Source: Chiloscyllium plagiosum (taxonomy: Eukaryota). Taken from it: 64,000 nucleotides of DNA. The notes below the pieces were generated by a model, which ran no database searches, was not told the DNA's origin, and saw nothing but the letters and a program-made list of their open reading frames with translations. Location of the stretch: NCBI RefSeq assembly GCF_004010195.1, contig NC_057759.1:2845269-2909268 (forward strand). The letters are read 5' to 3'. Shown here in pieces: positions 26,216 to 39,838 of the stretch. The first letter of the stretch is position 1. Each line of letters opens with the position of its first letter. The position numbers and the translations under genes are program-made.

Positions 26216-28246
26216 CGGATCTCATCGCCTATGATGCTCCATTTAGTCTCCCAGAGTTCAATAAAGGCTGCTTTTTCCCACAATAAAGACAAAAAGGATC
26301 TATCATCTCGTTGTGCTTTTAAGTGTTCAATACAGAGGTTGCACAAGGCTGTGTGCCCAAGCCTGAGTTGCCCACACTGTAGATGGTGTATTACTGCAGA
26401 CAGGGCTCTGCAAAATGTTCAGATATATATATATGCCTTTGATTGTGTGAATGGGTGTGCATAGGGCTGTGTGACTCTGTGTGTGTGCCTGTGTCCGTGT
26501 GTGTGGTTGTCGAGGTGCATACTTGTGTATCTGTGTGACCCGTGTGCTACTTTGCGTGAAAGAGGGAGTGTGTATGCCTGTGTTTGGGAACTGGATGTGT
26601 GTGTGTGTGTGGGTCTGTGTCTCTGTGTATGTGTATGTGCATGACTGGCTGTATTATTCTACATGTGTTACTGTGCATGTGTGACTTCACGTGTGATGGT
26701 GTGTGCCATGCCCTTGCCCTTCTAGATAGAAGTCGTTGTGAAATTGAAAGGTCCTGTCTGATGATCGTTGGTGAATTTCTGCAGTGCATCCCGTAGATAG
26801 TACTTACTGCTATGAGAATCAGTGCAGAAGGGAGTGTATGCTTGTCGATGTTGTGCTAATCTAAATGTCCTGAAAGGTGTCAAGCTGCTTGAGTGTTGTT
26901 TCAGCTGCTCCAATCCAATCAGGCTTTGGGGATCAAGATGTGCATTTCTCACTGCAGTATTCTTAGCCTCTGGCCTGCTTTTGATGTCATTGTTATTATG
27001 TCATGAATCCAGTTCAGTTTCAAGTTAATGACAACCCCTAGAATGTTGATGGTGGGGATTCAGTGAAGTTAACATCGTTGAATGTCGTGTAGGACCGGGG
27101 AGGTTGGCCTGGTGCTGGCAGTTCGATTATCTCTTATTGGTCATTGTCATAGTCTAGTATTTGTCAGTTGCGAATGGTACTTGGTACTTGTCTGCCCAAG
27201 TCTGGATATTGTGCAGATCCTGTTGCATTTGCACATGAACTGCTTCAGTATCTGAGAAGGTATAAATACTGCTGAACATTGTGCAAACACCAGCGAACAT
27301 CCCCACTTCTGACCCTACAATTGATGCAAGGTCATTGATCATGCACTGGAGATGATTTGGCTGAGGACACTATTAAAGATATGGGAGAAATATTCCAGGT
27401 GGAGTATGCTATTAAACTGACAAGGGCGCCAGAGGTTGAAGAGGATGGGGGGGTTTGTGAGACTGAAGCTGTGACAGTCGTTGTGATTCGTGCAGAAGAA
27501 ATTCACAGAGACAGATTCCTACACATTCTGCAGTGCCGAGTTCTCAGTATGGAGGTCAAACTATGCGTGTATGTATTCACTGTGTTCAACAAATACAGAT
27601 AAAAGTGATAAAAGTTTTTATCCATGTGTAATTGTGATTTTTCTTTTGTTTTTTATCATTATGAAAGTGCCCAGTAGAGTGAGATAAAAGAGGAACTAGT
27701 GGGGGTCTTCAACTTTCCAAATATTGATTGGGATAACTATAGATAAAGCACTTTACATCAGTCAGTTTTTGTCCAATATATGCATGACGGTTTCCTAACC
27801 GGGTATGTTGACAGGTCAACAAGGTCACATTAGGGAAAGTATTGTGGAATGAACATGGCCAAGGTTAGATTTTTAAGTAGGTGATCACTTGGTTATAGTG
27901 ACAACAGTTCGGTTCTGTTTACATCAGCGATGGAAAGGGATAGGTATATACCAGAGGCAAGAGTTATAGATGAGGGAAAGGCAAGTACGATGCAATTAGC
28001 CAAGATTTTAGATGCATATGATGGGGACGAAAACTGCAAGCGATGGGTCCAATTGAAATGTGGAGCTTATTTCAGGAACAGCTACTGCAGGTCCTTAATA
28101 ATTATGTACCGGACAGGCAGGGAGGAAGCTTTTGAGCGCAGGAGCCATGATTTACAAAGGATGTTGAATCTCTTGTCAAGAGGAGGAAGGCAGTTTACGT
28201 TAGGATAAGATGTGAAGGCTCGATTAGGGAAATTCAGAGTTACATG

Positions 28247-28840
28247 GAATGTTGTAGACGACGTTGGTTTTGTCCATGGGATGTATTGTGTCTTTTAAGT
28301 TTGTTAGGTTTTGTTTGAGAGTGTTGGTGGGTTTGTGTGCTACTAGGATTCCGGGGGTCTTAGTAGTCTGGCTGTCATGCAAATTTCCATGCAAGGACTG
28401 CCAGAAACACTATGTAGGACAAACAGGAAGAAAGTTAGCTACCAGAGTGCGCGAACACCAGCTAGCCACAAAAAGGCACGACCATCTCTTCCTCGTAGCC
28501 CAACACACGGAGGAAAAAAAACACCGTTTCGACTGGGACAACACATCTATCCTGGGACAGGCTAAGCATGGCAGAGAATTCCTAGAGGCCTGGCACTCCA
28601 ACCACAACGCCATAAACAAACACATAGATCTAGATACCATCTATCAATCCCTCAGAAAACGATCAGGAAATGACATCACCACAAACCCGAGGAATCCCAT
28701 CCAGGACAAACATATAAATAGAAAGCAGGAGACAACAGTTTCGCTTCACTTGGAGGTTGCGACTGATGATGTTACCTAGCCAGGTAATGAAACGTCTGGA
28801 TATCAAACCTACAGCTCAGTGAGCAAACCTACACCCTAAG
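28247..28840 (+). mobile_element. Penelope 3' fragment (GIY-YIG endonuclease), apparently with an inverted 5' segment
   Basis: KFPCKDCQKHYVGQTGRKLATRVREH..REFLEAWHS; hammerhead core at the 3' end. Confidence 0.9.
28760..28800 (+). ncRNA. Minimal hammerhead ribozyme core
   Basis: CTGATGA (28763-28769), tgttacc-tagcca-ggtaat stem II, GAAACGTC. Confidence 0.65.
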
Positions 28841-30254
28841 TTGTTAGGATTGTTAAGAAGGCATATGGTATGTTAACTCTTATTAGCAGAGGGACTGTGC
28901 TTCAGAACCATGAGGTCATGCTGCAACTGTACAAAACTCTAGTCTGGCCGCACTTAGAGTATTGTGTACAGTTCTGGTCACCGCAATATAGGAAGGATGT
29001 GGAAGATTTGGAAAGGTTTCAGAGGAGATTTATTAGGATGTTGCCTGGTATGGAAGGAAAGCCATACAAGAAAAAACTGAGGGACTTGAGGCTGCTTCTG
29101 AGGAGAGACGAAGGTTGAAAGGTGATTTAATAGAGACATATAAGATAATCAGAGGATTAGATAGGGTGGAAATTGAAACCCTGTTTCCTCAGTTGTTCAT
29201 GGCTAGCATGAGGGGACATAGATTTCACTTAAGGGGTGATAGATACAGGACAGTTGTCAGCGGTAGTTCCTTTACTGTGACCGTAGTAGGGGCGTGAATG
29301 CACTGCCTGCAACAATAGTAGACTCGCCGACTTTAAGGGTATTTACATGGTCATTGGATAGACATATGGACGGAAATGGAATAAAGTACGATAGATGCTC
29401 TTCAGAGGTCGGTGCAACATCGAAGGCCCTATACTGTAATGTTCTATGCACTGTATGTGCAGGTCAGGTGAATTGGCCATGCTAAATTGCCCGTAGTGTT
29501 AGGTAAGGGGTAAATGTAGGAGAATGGGTGGGTTGCGCTTCGGCGGGGCTGTGTGGACTTGTTGGGCCGATGTGGACTTGTTGGGCCGAAGGGCCTGTTT
29601 CCACACTGTAAGTAATCTAATTGTATGTGTGAGATATACGGAAAACCCAGCAGACTACTGGAAGTGACCGTCCCACTGTGTATGCAGTAGGTCATACTGC
29701 ACTGAGTTTGAAAAATTGTAAGTAAAACTGTGTCACTGAATGTCTTCTAATAATGATAGTGCTGTAGATGTTAAAGTTGAACAACCATTTAATGCACTTC
29801 TATATATTTCACAGGTGATGTGTATTTTTTTTAAAGTTAATGTCTCTCTCCTAAATGCCTGTAATCATTTTTAGCTGTGACTGCAGGGTTCTGCAGCAGG
29901 TACTGACATGACGACCATTACTCCTACAATTCCCGGTGGCTGTGCACGTCCTCGATCACTGACGCAAAGCGCAATGCTCGCTGGGAAAGGGTCTGGCGTT
30001 TTCCCGGCCATTCCGCAGCTTCTCTTTTAGTTTAGATGTTTGTTCCTGGTTTTCTCGTACTCTCCGTCCCCTTTTCTGTGTAGAAGGGCCCCTTCAGCGA
30101 TCCTCAGTTTTGATAAAAATGTAAAATAATAGTGATGTCACTCCCACATGCTCTAGCAGGAACCGAGATCAGCTCACATTGGCACCCAGCGGCCAGGAAG
30201 GGAAACAGTCGCCACAGTCGCGCTCTCTGAATAAAGATCAGCTGTGTTAGACAA

Positions 30255-30432
30255 AGTTTAAAATCGCACAAACACCAGGTTATAATCCAACAGGTTTAAT
30301 TAGAAGCACTAGCTTTCGGAGCGCTGTTCCTTCATCAGTGGTTGTTCCAATTAAACCTGTTGGACTATAACCTGGTGTTGTGTTATTTTTAACTTTGGAC
30401 ACCCCTGTCCAATACTTGCATCTCCAAATCAT
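30255..30432. mobile_element. Hairpin terminal fragment of a second Penelope family, with a minus-strand hammerhead core (30308-30341)
   Basis: Inverted arms caccaggttataatccaacaggtttaatt/aattaaacctgttggactataacctggtg. Reverse complement reads CTGATGA aggaacagcgctcc GAAAGCTA. Confidence 0.75.
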
Positions 30433-32990
30433 GTGTTCAACAAAGACTGCTTGATGCAAAATTTGATCTTTCCGTACCTGTATCATAAGTTCTTCACACC
30501 AACATCATTGCCTAATTTTTGACCTTGTTTTGGACCCTTTCACTTTGAGTTCCTACTCAATTTATTCCGCAGAAATAATTAGCTCTTCTACACCACTCAG
30601 ACACAACTGAATACTCTAAACAACAGGCTCTGGGCAGCATAACCTAAGTTCGTGAACGCCATAAGGCACGTGAGCAAAAGGAGGAGCATCAATCCAACAA
30701 GTCTGCTCCATCATTGAATGCAATCATGGCTTATCTAATAATCCTCAATTCCACTTTACTATGGGTTCTTCTTGAAGCTTGAATTCCTGATTGATCAAAA
30801 GAAATCTGTACGTTTCTTGAAAACACTTAATGAACAAGCTTTATCAGCCCCTAACGCGAAGAATTCCACAGATTAACAGCTCATTGAGATAATACAATCG
30901 TCACATCTCTGTTTTAATGTATGACCACAGATTCTGAGACTTTAATCTTTCGTCCTAATGAATCTGACAAAGGGAATCATCTTTCCGCATCTACCCTTGC
31001 AAGTTCTCTAATAATTATGCATGTTTCAATGAGGTAAGTTTCCACTCTACCATATTTCAATGAGTACAGGTCCTGTGCTCAACTGCTCATTATAAGGTAA
31101 CTCCTCCGTACCAGCTACAAGCCCATTGAAACTTCACTAGGCTACGTCCAATGCCAAATTATCTTTTCTGAGATAAAGTGTGCAAAGCCACTCACACACT
31201 CACAGTATACCATCTGAAGTCTGACTAGAGAGGCGAGGGTAAAGTGGCTTTATTCCAGGGAGGTCATAGCAAGTTTAAAAGGAGCGCGGACTGTGGTGAA
31301 TGACTTCAATCTGAACAGCACACCAACAAAGGAGGCATTAATTATAAAGAGAGAATCGACAGCAGGTAGTTGGGCCAATTTGAACACTGCACCCAGAAAG
31401 GTGCAGCAAGTTGAAAAATAGCAGGAGGAGAGGGAATTTAATTCAATCAGAGCACCATACTCAGATTAAGCTCTAAAAGCAATCACAGCAGGAAACAAAG
31501 CTGCAATCGTCTGTAAGGCAATGTGTTTTATCTATGAGGCAATCACTGGAAATGTACTGATGACAATTACATACAAACCTCCTCTGGCATAGTATCCAAG
31601 GTTCCATTGACATGAGGAACATTTGAGAGAACATAAATGTCACGGATAAGTCAATGTATATATAAATATCAAGCATCATACATATGTCAATGGTAAGTCG
31701 TGCCTTATTTGATCCTCTTCCATACCTTAAAGAGAGTCCATCAATCATGAGCCAGCTCATCATCAATGACACCACTGTCTTTCCTCTAATGGGTCATCAC
31801 ATACGCAATGACAAATGGAACAAGCTCAACCTTTACATCTGTAATGAGCAGATTGACTTCTGAAGAAAGGCTGAACAGACTAGGGTTGTGTCTTTGAAGT
31901 TTAGAAGAGTCAAATATGTCTTAACTAACCAACCTTAAGGGGACTCGACTGGGTGGATGTAGAAAAGATATTTTCTCTGCCCTCAAGATGGCGATTGAGG
32001 CTAAGGTTTTCTTTCCTTCCCTCTCTTGCTTTTTTTCCTTCTCTTCTTTTTCTTACCTCTTGTCCTGATCTTGTATGGCACTAGCGAGGGATCTTTGACT
32101 TGATTGAGCCATGGCCGGATCTAGTGATATTGGCGAGTGAGCCCTTACTTATTTGTATGGGAGAGCATCTGAATCAATGGCTGCTACATCGGCAGAGACC
32201 ACTTCAGTGAGGCCCAGTTGCGAAACATCACATCTGAGGAATGGTGACTTCATTGTTGGTTGGGTCCAGTATTGACAGTGGCGCAGCTGTGGCAGAATGG
32301 GCACTGTAGCAACATTGATGGTGTGGGTGTAGTGGTGAGAGACGCCTCTCCATTGTAGGTGGGTCTAGTGCAGATGGCAGAGAGGTGATGATGGAAGACA
32401 GTTGACGTAGTTGCGAAAGATGGTGCCCCAAGAGTGACAACTTCCATAATGATTGGTTCTGGTATAGATAATGGCGTGAAATGGAAGAGGGGCAGCAGTA
32501 CAGGTATCATTGATTATGGGTTGGCTCAGTAGTGATGGATTATATTCAAGATTTCGAAGAATATCGCACAAATAAAATGTGATTTTGCAATGACTTATCC
32601 AGGATGGTTATATTCTTTCTAATGTTCATCATCATTGATGTTAGGTGGCTCATCTCTGCAGAGTTAAATCTGGACTTCATTTCTGTTACACAGACAAAAT
32701 GTGCAACTCTTTAATCCTATGCAAGTACGTTTGTATAATTATGCAAAGAAGCTTCACACTTTATTGAATTATTTCCTCCATGCTTGTTCGCTGGAAGGCT
32801 CTCAGTGAAACATGTCAACATTCTGATCTATTGTGGCGTAAAACTTATTTGATTTAAAGAGGTTAACTGCAATTGTTTGTTCATTAACTGGAATTAATGT
32901 ATGACGAATTGAAATTAATTGTGCCTTTTGGGGAGATGTGGGCAGCTTTAACTATTTATTAAGGGATTCCATTCAATTGCTTGTCACATA

Positions 32991-33264
32991 ATGACAGGTG
33001 CAATGTCATTTCAGAAATCTGTGATCAGCACAGCCACAGATATGGAGAGATTATCGAGAGCAATGGACCAGAATATCATTGCAGTTAGTGACAATCAGAA
33101 GGAAAATGATTTGAATAATACAGGGATGGGAAGGGGTTTCTCTGGCTGGCTTTACTTTCTTAACAGCGGTAATGATTGGATCAAGTCAACAGATCGAATT
33201 GAGGCCGCACTTCGGATTTTTGCTTATATTTACTATCCCATGCTTGGCATTGTTGGTGTCCCTG
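32991..33264 (+). CDS. First coding exon of a GPR139/GPR142-like class A GPCR; downstream exon not found; start codon uncertain
   Basis: Open frame ending RIFAYIYYPMLGIVGVP followed by phase-1 donor CCTG|gtaagt, the TM1-splitting exon end I associate with this family. N-glycosylation site NNT in the N-terminus. Confidence 0.7.
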
Positions 33265-33699
33265 GTAAGTCGGTGCCTCATAATGAGTTTTGTAAGTAAT
33301 GCTCAACATATTAACTCATCTTCCCATTTATGGTGTCATCCTTATTGATGCCCCTGTTCTTGGAGCAATTTTTACACTGTGTACACGTGAATGCAGTTAA
33401 TTTAACATTTTTCTTGTAACTTCATCATAGATCTGTTAAACATGATTCACTGTTGTGAAAGCTTGCCTTCTTGACCACCACTTATACCTGTTGTCCCTCA
33501 TTTGTATTTCCCTGTCCACCCTGCCAACTTCCTCTGTTGCTGCCCTTTAACTAAAAGCATTTTACTTGCTCTAGCACTGGCTGCCAATCTCTAATCACTT
33601 CTATGCTCTTTTTACCCCGGGGCAGACCAAAAGAGTTGTGACTGCAGTATGAGTTCACTTACTTCGTCTGCCAGTGCCCCGCTGCTCATAAACACATTC

Positions 33700-35490
33700 A
33701 AGGAATATGAAAACATCTCTGTCTGTTGCGCAACGTTTTGTACTGAGCAAATAACTCCGTTTCATTCCCGTCTATGTCCCCCACCACGTTCTTGCATAAT
33801 AAGATTTTGAACTCTTCTTCTCTCGTATTTACCCCTGTGCCCATATCTTTAGACTAAAACCCTTTTCCCAGCCTTCAAACACCTTAATGCCCTTCAATTG
33901 CACTCACTCTACCTGTTTCCCTCCATCTGGCCTTTTCGTGACAAGTCAACTGTGATTTTTTTTTTGCCTTTTGACAATTCTCAAAGTTCTATTGTCACCT
34001 GATTACTGTGCGCCCAGCTGTGCTTATCTGAAGACATGTCCCCCTGAACTGACTCCACTCCGTGCTTTCAAATCCAATCCTGACTGTGCAGTCAAACCTG
34101 CTGACAAGGGAGGTGCGGTTGTTGTCTGACATACTGACCTTCACTTTGTGGAGGCAGAATACCAGCATCTCTGATAATTTTCCATCTCCACCAGAACGTG
34201 GCCCCTCCGTCTATCATCTGGTTATTGTGACCACAGCGTATACTAATCTCATCTAATCTGGAAATCGTCCCAGCACCCTGCGCAGCCTGCAATCCCTCAG
34301 TCCGCCCAACCTCCACAGCGCGCTTCTATCTTCTTCCCAAAATACACAACCATCGGCTCTGCCTCTTCCTGCCCCACAGAACTTATTTTACTGGATTCAC
34401 ACACATTTCTCTCTCCTTGTCCAACTCTCTACCCATTCAAATGCGCAATTCCTCTGAAGTTTTATGCCGGTTACAACACTTTCCGTGTGTGGACACCATA
34501 GACTTCCTCTTTGCCATGGATGCTCAACATCTCTGCATGCCCATCCTGCATCAGAATATCTCAGGGAAATCTGTTTTTTTTACCCTGTAATGAAGGCCTG
34601 AACCATTTACATCCACCACCCCCCACTTTTGCCTTGCGAAGCTTGTCTTCACTTTGAACAACTTCTCCTTTAACTTGTCTCCCTTTCACCAGTTCAAAGG
34701 TATGACCTTGCACGGACCCTAAAGGTGCCTGTTCCTTTGTGGGGTTTTTGGAGCCTTCCTTATCCAGTCCTACTCTGGCCACTCCTTCCATCTCTTTCAC
34801 CAGTACACTGACGACTCCATCAATGCTGCTCCCATCTCTCGACAGTGACTGAAAAATGATCTCAATTTCCACCTTGCATCCACCATCAACGAGTCCATCT
34901 CTAACTCCTACCCCATGTTATTAACATGACATGGTCGCTCAGTGGTTAGCGCTGCTACCTCAGAGCCAGGGTACCAGGTTCGACTCCAGTCTCGGGCATG
35001 TGGAGTTTGCACATTCTCCCCGTGTCTGCGTGGGTTTCCTTCGGGTACTCCAGTTTCCTCCCACAGTCCAAAGATGTGCAGGTCAGATGAATTTGCCATG
35101 CTAAATTGCCCATAGTGTTAGGTGCATTAGTCAGAGGGAAATGGGTTGGGGTGGGTTACTGTTCAGAAGGTCGGTGTGGACTTGTTGGGCCGAAGGGCCT
35201 ATTTCCACACTGTAGGGAATCTAATCTCTGTTTCTATTAGTGGAGATGGGCTGGGTACTTATATCCACCATAAACACACATCTTCCACTGTTACCTGGAT
35301 GATGCATCCTCTCATCTGGATTCCGTTAAGGACAATTGCACTCTCCAATTTCTCCATCTCCACCACAACTATTCCGAGGATGGCACCTTCGGGGGAAGTG
35401 GGTGAGGGCTCAGATGTTCACTTCTGTTCCTTAACCAAAGACTCCCTGCAACCATGTTTTGAGAGAGCCCTTAGCCATATCTGACCAATT
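33700..35490 (+). mobile_element. Highly degraded Penelope-like element
   Basis: VKPADKGGAVVV at ~34091, FYLLPKIH at ~34324, LTLNNFSF at ~34650; interrupted by an HE1 SINE. Confidence 0.8.
34928..35227 (+). mobile_element. HE1-type V-SINE, near full length
   Basis: tRNA-like head (gctcagtggttagc..ggttcgactcc), core tggagtttgcacattctccccgtgtctgcgtgggtttcc, tail ttgggccgaagggcct..aatctaatct. Confidence 0.9.
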
Positions 35491-35586
35491 TCCTGCACTT
35501 CTGATGTTCCTGGTGGTCTCTCACTGTATACTCACTTCCACTGATGTTCATTTGATCTCCCTTTGCAGTCGTTTTCTATGCTGACG

Positions 35587-36086
35587 NNNNNNNNNNNNNN
35601 NNNNNNNNNNNNNNNNNNNNNNNNNNNNNNNNNNNNNNNNNNNNNNNNNNNNNNNNNNNNNNNNNNNNNNNNNNNNNNNNNNNNNNNNNNNNNNNNNNNN
35701 NNNNNNNNNNNNNNNNNNNNNNNNNNNNNNNNNNNNNNNNNNNNNNNNNNNNNNNNNNNNNNNNNNNNNNNNNNNNNNNNNNNNNNNNNNNNNNNNNNNN
35801 NNNNNNNNNNNNNNNNNNNNNNNNNNNNNNNNNNNNNNNNNNNNNNNNNNNNNNNNNNNNNNNNNNNNNNNNNNNNNNNNNNNNNNNNNNNNNNNNNNNN
35901 NNNNNNNNNNNNNNNNNNNNNNNNNNNNNNNNNNNNNNNNNNNNNNNNNNNNNNNNNNNNNNNNNNNNNNNNNNNNNNNNNNNNNNNNNNNNNNNNNNNN
36001 NNNNNNNNNNNNNNNNNNNNNNNNNNNNNNNNNNNNNNNNNNNNNNNNNNNNNNNNNNNNNNNNNNNNNNNNNNNNNNNNNNNNNN
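35587..36086. other. Assembly gap (500 N)
   Basis: Run of N. Confidence 1.
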
Positions 36087-36129
36087 AACGCAGAAAGTGT
36101 TGGGGAAACTCAGCAGGTCTCAGTGTAAA

Positions 36130-37890
36130 CAGAGGATAACGAGGGAGAAGGTAAGACCAGTCATTGAAAAAGGAGGGAACTTATGTTTAGAGGTAGAAGG
36201 TTTGGGTGAGATTCTAAATGAGCATTGGTATTTACCCAGGAAAAGGATGTGGAGGATAGTGAGATTTGTGTGGAGCATACTAATATGCTACAGCATGTTG
36301 AGATCAAGAGGGAAGTGATGCTGGGTCTCTTAAAAAGCATTAAGGTGGATAATTCCGCAGTGCCCGAAGGTATCTACCCCAAGTCCCTAGGTTATTGAGA
36401 GAGGCAAGAGAGGGAATTTTCTGGAGCCTTGGCTAAGGTCTATGTAGCCTCACTAGCCAATGGAGACGTACCAGAAGACTGTAAAGTACTGAATGCTGTT
36501 CCTTTGTTCAAGGAGGAAAATAGGGATAATGGATAAAACCATAGACTAGTGACTCTCAGCTCAGTCGTCGGGAAGCTATTGGAGAGAATTCCTTGGGATA
36601 GGATTTGTGCACATTTGGAAAATCATGGCCGAATCAGTACATGCCTTACCAATTTGATTGGAGTTTACAAGCAGATGATAAAGGTGATCGATGAGGGTAG
36701 AGCTGTGTGTATTATTTTCTTAGATTTTAGTAAAGCTTCCGACAAGGCCCCTCTTGGTTGGCTCGTCCAGAAGATTAAGATGCATGGGATCCACAGTGAC
36801 TCGGTTGTGTGGATTCAGAATTGGCTTGCACAAAAAAGACAGAGTTAATGGTGGAAGAATGGTATTCAAGTTGTAGGTTTGTGACTGGTGGTGTTCCACA
36901 TGGATCCGTATTTGGATCTCTGCATTTTGTGATTACATAACTTACTCGGATGAAAGTGCAGATAAGTGGGTTAGTAAGTTTTCAAATGATAAAGAGAAGA
37001 CAGTGGTGTTAAACAGAGTGTAGAGGGTTGTCATAAGATAAAGCAGGACACACATCAGATGTAGATATGGGCAGAGAAATGGCAGATGGAAATTAATCCA
37101 TGTAAATGTGAAGTGCTACACTTCACGTGAACAAATGTTAAGGAAAACTATCCAGTTAATCATCCAGCATTGATGTACAGAGGGATATTAGGGAACAAGT
37201 GTATAGCTCCCTGAAAGTAGCTACGCAATAGATAAGGTGGTAAAGAAGGCGTACGGCATACTTGCCTTTAGAGAATGGGGAATTAATACAAGAGTCAGGG
37301 TGTAATATTGTAGCTTCATAAGACGTTGATTAGACTATGCTTAGAGTGTTGTGTTCAATTCTGGTCGCCACATTACAGGAAGAATGTGGAGAATTTGCAA
37401 GCACACCCAATAGGTTTACCAGGATGCTGCCTGGATTAGAGGATATGAATACAATGAGAGACTGGGAAAAAAAAAACTTGGATTATTTTCCCTTGAGCAG
37501 TGGAGGCTGAGGGGGAATTTGATAGAAGTCTATAAAATTATGCTTTGCATAGATTGGGTTGACGGTCAGAATCTTTTTCTGGTAGTTAAAATTTGAGCTA
37601 ATAAGGTTCAGTCATTTAATGTGAGGAGGGAATTTCAAAGGAGATATGAGGTGCAAGTTGTTTTTACACAGAGAGTGGGAGGAGTCCTGAAGGCACTGTC
37701 AGGGATGCTGATTAAAGCCGGCACAGTAAGGGCATTTCAGGGAATTTTAGGGAAGCATTTGAGACTTCAAGGAATCGAGAGAAACAGACCAAGAACAAGC
37801 CGAAAGGGTCAGTTTCATTTGATGTTCCGTTTGACACAACATCGGGGGCAGTAGGTCCTGTACCTGTGCTAGACTGTTCTATGTTCTATG
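36130..37890 (+). mobile_element. Degraded CR1-type LINE
   Basis: VVGKLLERI..IFLDFSKASDK..WIQNWL; 3' tail ctgttctatgttctatg. Confidence 0.9.
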
Positions 37891-39236
37891 TTGCTCGTTA
37901 TAAACAAAGAAAGTGCTGGAGAACCACAGAGAGAAACAAAGTTAACATTTCGAGTCCAGTGACTCTTCGTTAGAACTGAAAGGGATGGGGAAAATGGAGT
38001 TTGCAATACTCTCGATCAAGAAGGGGTGAATTTAAAGGACAAATGGGCTATTAATTGTGGTGAAAGCAGAGTAGAGATATAAAATGGGTGGGTATAAAGA
38101 TGGGGAAATGGTTAGTCACTCTGTCTTGGTGGGCTGCACGATTTGTTTGCTTTCACTTTCTCCAGTGATTTCTATTTTAGTCACAGATGCTGCTGGTTTA
38201 ACGGCAGAAAGAGCCCTGACATTATATCATTGTCATGACAGCTGCTGAGGTGTATTCAACCTCAGTGCTGGCTGTTAAACTCTGATAAAACTCATTCCAA
38301 TGTTTGACGTGGTGTTCCCTCTTATGGAGGGGTGGATCAGGATGGGGGTGCAAATGAGCAACATGAATCACGGGAAGTTTCCTGTATCTCTCTCTCTCTC
38401 TCGGAGATGGCAGTCAGACTGAAGTTGGCTGTGGTTTCTCTCTGGTCCTGTCAGCAGCAAAGACTCTGGGAAAAGAAACGTTTTCAGGAAACCTTAACGT
38501 TGTACCCCAATCTGCTTCAAATTTCCCAGTGACCAGGTCAGAGTCTAATCCTGGACAGCTACATGGACTGGAGTTATAGAGTCCTACAGTGCGGAAACAG
38601 GTCCTTCATCCCAACTCATCCATCCCTCACAGATTTCCCAAACTGAACTAGCCTGTGTTTGGCCCATAGCTGTTTCTTACTCTCTACACAGGTGCTGTCA
38701 GACCTGTTGAGTTTTCTGCAGTAGTCCCTGTGCTTGTAAGCTGGAATATTAACTCTGCTTTTCTCTCTCTCTCCCTCCCAACAGATGCTGTCAGATCTGC
38801 TGAGTTCCTCCAGCGATTTTTGCTTTTCTTTTCCATCGGGTGCAGTGCTGTTCCAAACTCAGTGGTAGGAAGGACAGTTTGGTCTAGGTGGCAGTACAAC
38901 GGAGGTTGGCAAGAATGGGAGCTGGACTTTAGGGGTTAAATTATGAGGACACACTGGTTGGGTATTCCAGAAATGGAGACGGCATTGTCTGAGGCTTGGG
39001 ACCGGACTGTTCAGGAAACATGTGAGGAAGACAAAGCGTGTGAATGTTTGGAACTCTCTTCCACAAACTGCAGTGGATGCTGGATAAGTTGTTAGTTTTC
39101 TATCCGAGATCATAACGTTTATTCAGCAACGTTATGAAGGGAACAGGGGCCAAAGTCAGGTATGTGGAGTTAGGCTGCAGATCAACTATTAACTGGTAGG
39201 ACATGTTCGAGGGGCTAAATGGCCTATTGCTGTTCC

Positions 39237-39660
39237 TGTTATTATGAACCAGGCCAGACCCCTCAAAACATTTCAAGACAGTAGTCAAGACCCTAACGTT
39301 ACTAGTTGTTTTAAGCAGGTGTTAGGTGGAATTCCCACAAGTGTTGCAAATGGCCAACCCACCTTGTTATAAACAAAACAATTTTGACTTACAAGATGAC
39401 TGAATGAAACACAACCAAAAGAGAGCAGAGTACAGAATAACCTAACTTATCCAGAAGCCCAACAGATTATTCCAACTTAATTGTGCTGTGCCAATACTCG
39501 CAACAATCCCCATAAACACCCATTGGTACAAAAGGTAAAATCAAACACAGGGTCTTACAGGAGAGAACCAGAGAGAGAGAGAGAGAGAGTCCCAGTCCGG
39601 ACTTGCTTCTTTGCTCCTGCAGCTTTTTTTCCCACACTACTGCTAAAATCGAAACAACAC
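39237..39660 (-). mobile_element. Solo-LTR-like repeat just upstream of the FCRL-like start codon
   Basis: Reverse-complement similarity to about 12000-12394; begins tgtta. Confidence 0.6.
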
Positions 39661-39807
39661 TAGGGTATGGAGAGAGCATACTTATTTTGCTGTTTCTAAA
39701 CTTATCATCTTTGGTTACAGGTAAATGTAAGAGAGAGAAGGCATAGATGTAACAGCCACCAGGTCACACTGAGTTGGAAACTGCTGTGTGACAAAACTGC
39801 GTGGGAA

Positions 39808-39838
39808 ATGTTGCAGATCTCCGTGCTTCTGATCCTCT
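39808..39838 (+). CDS. FCRL-like exon 1 (leader S1, MLQISVLLIL)
   Basis: ATG plus hydrophobic codons, 31 nt, donor T|gtaagt. Confidence 0.8.

Larger units (their letters stand above)
27690..29440 (+). mobile_element. CR1-type LINE remnants with a nested Penelope insertion
   Basis: Endonuclease-end remnants at 27690-28240; LYKTLVWPHLEYCVQFWSP at 28870-29118. Confidence 0.8.

Noticed and set aside
29875..29899. Mini-exon next to a CpG-rich patch
   Set aside because: About 25 nt, not frame-preserving, and no partner exons were found.
33397..33419. gcag|TT AAT TTA as the start of GPCR exon 2
   Set aside because: Stops after VNLTFFL, with no further TM segments.
34928..35000. tRNA gene
   Set aside because: It is the tRNA-derived head of an HE1 SINE.
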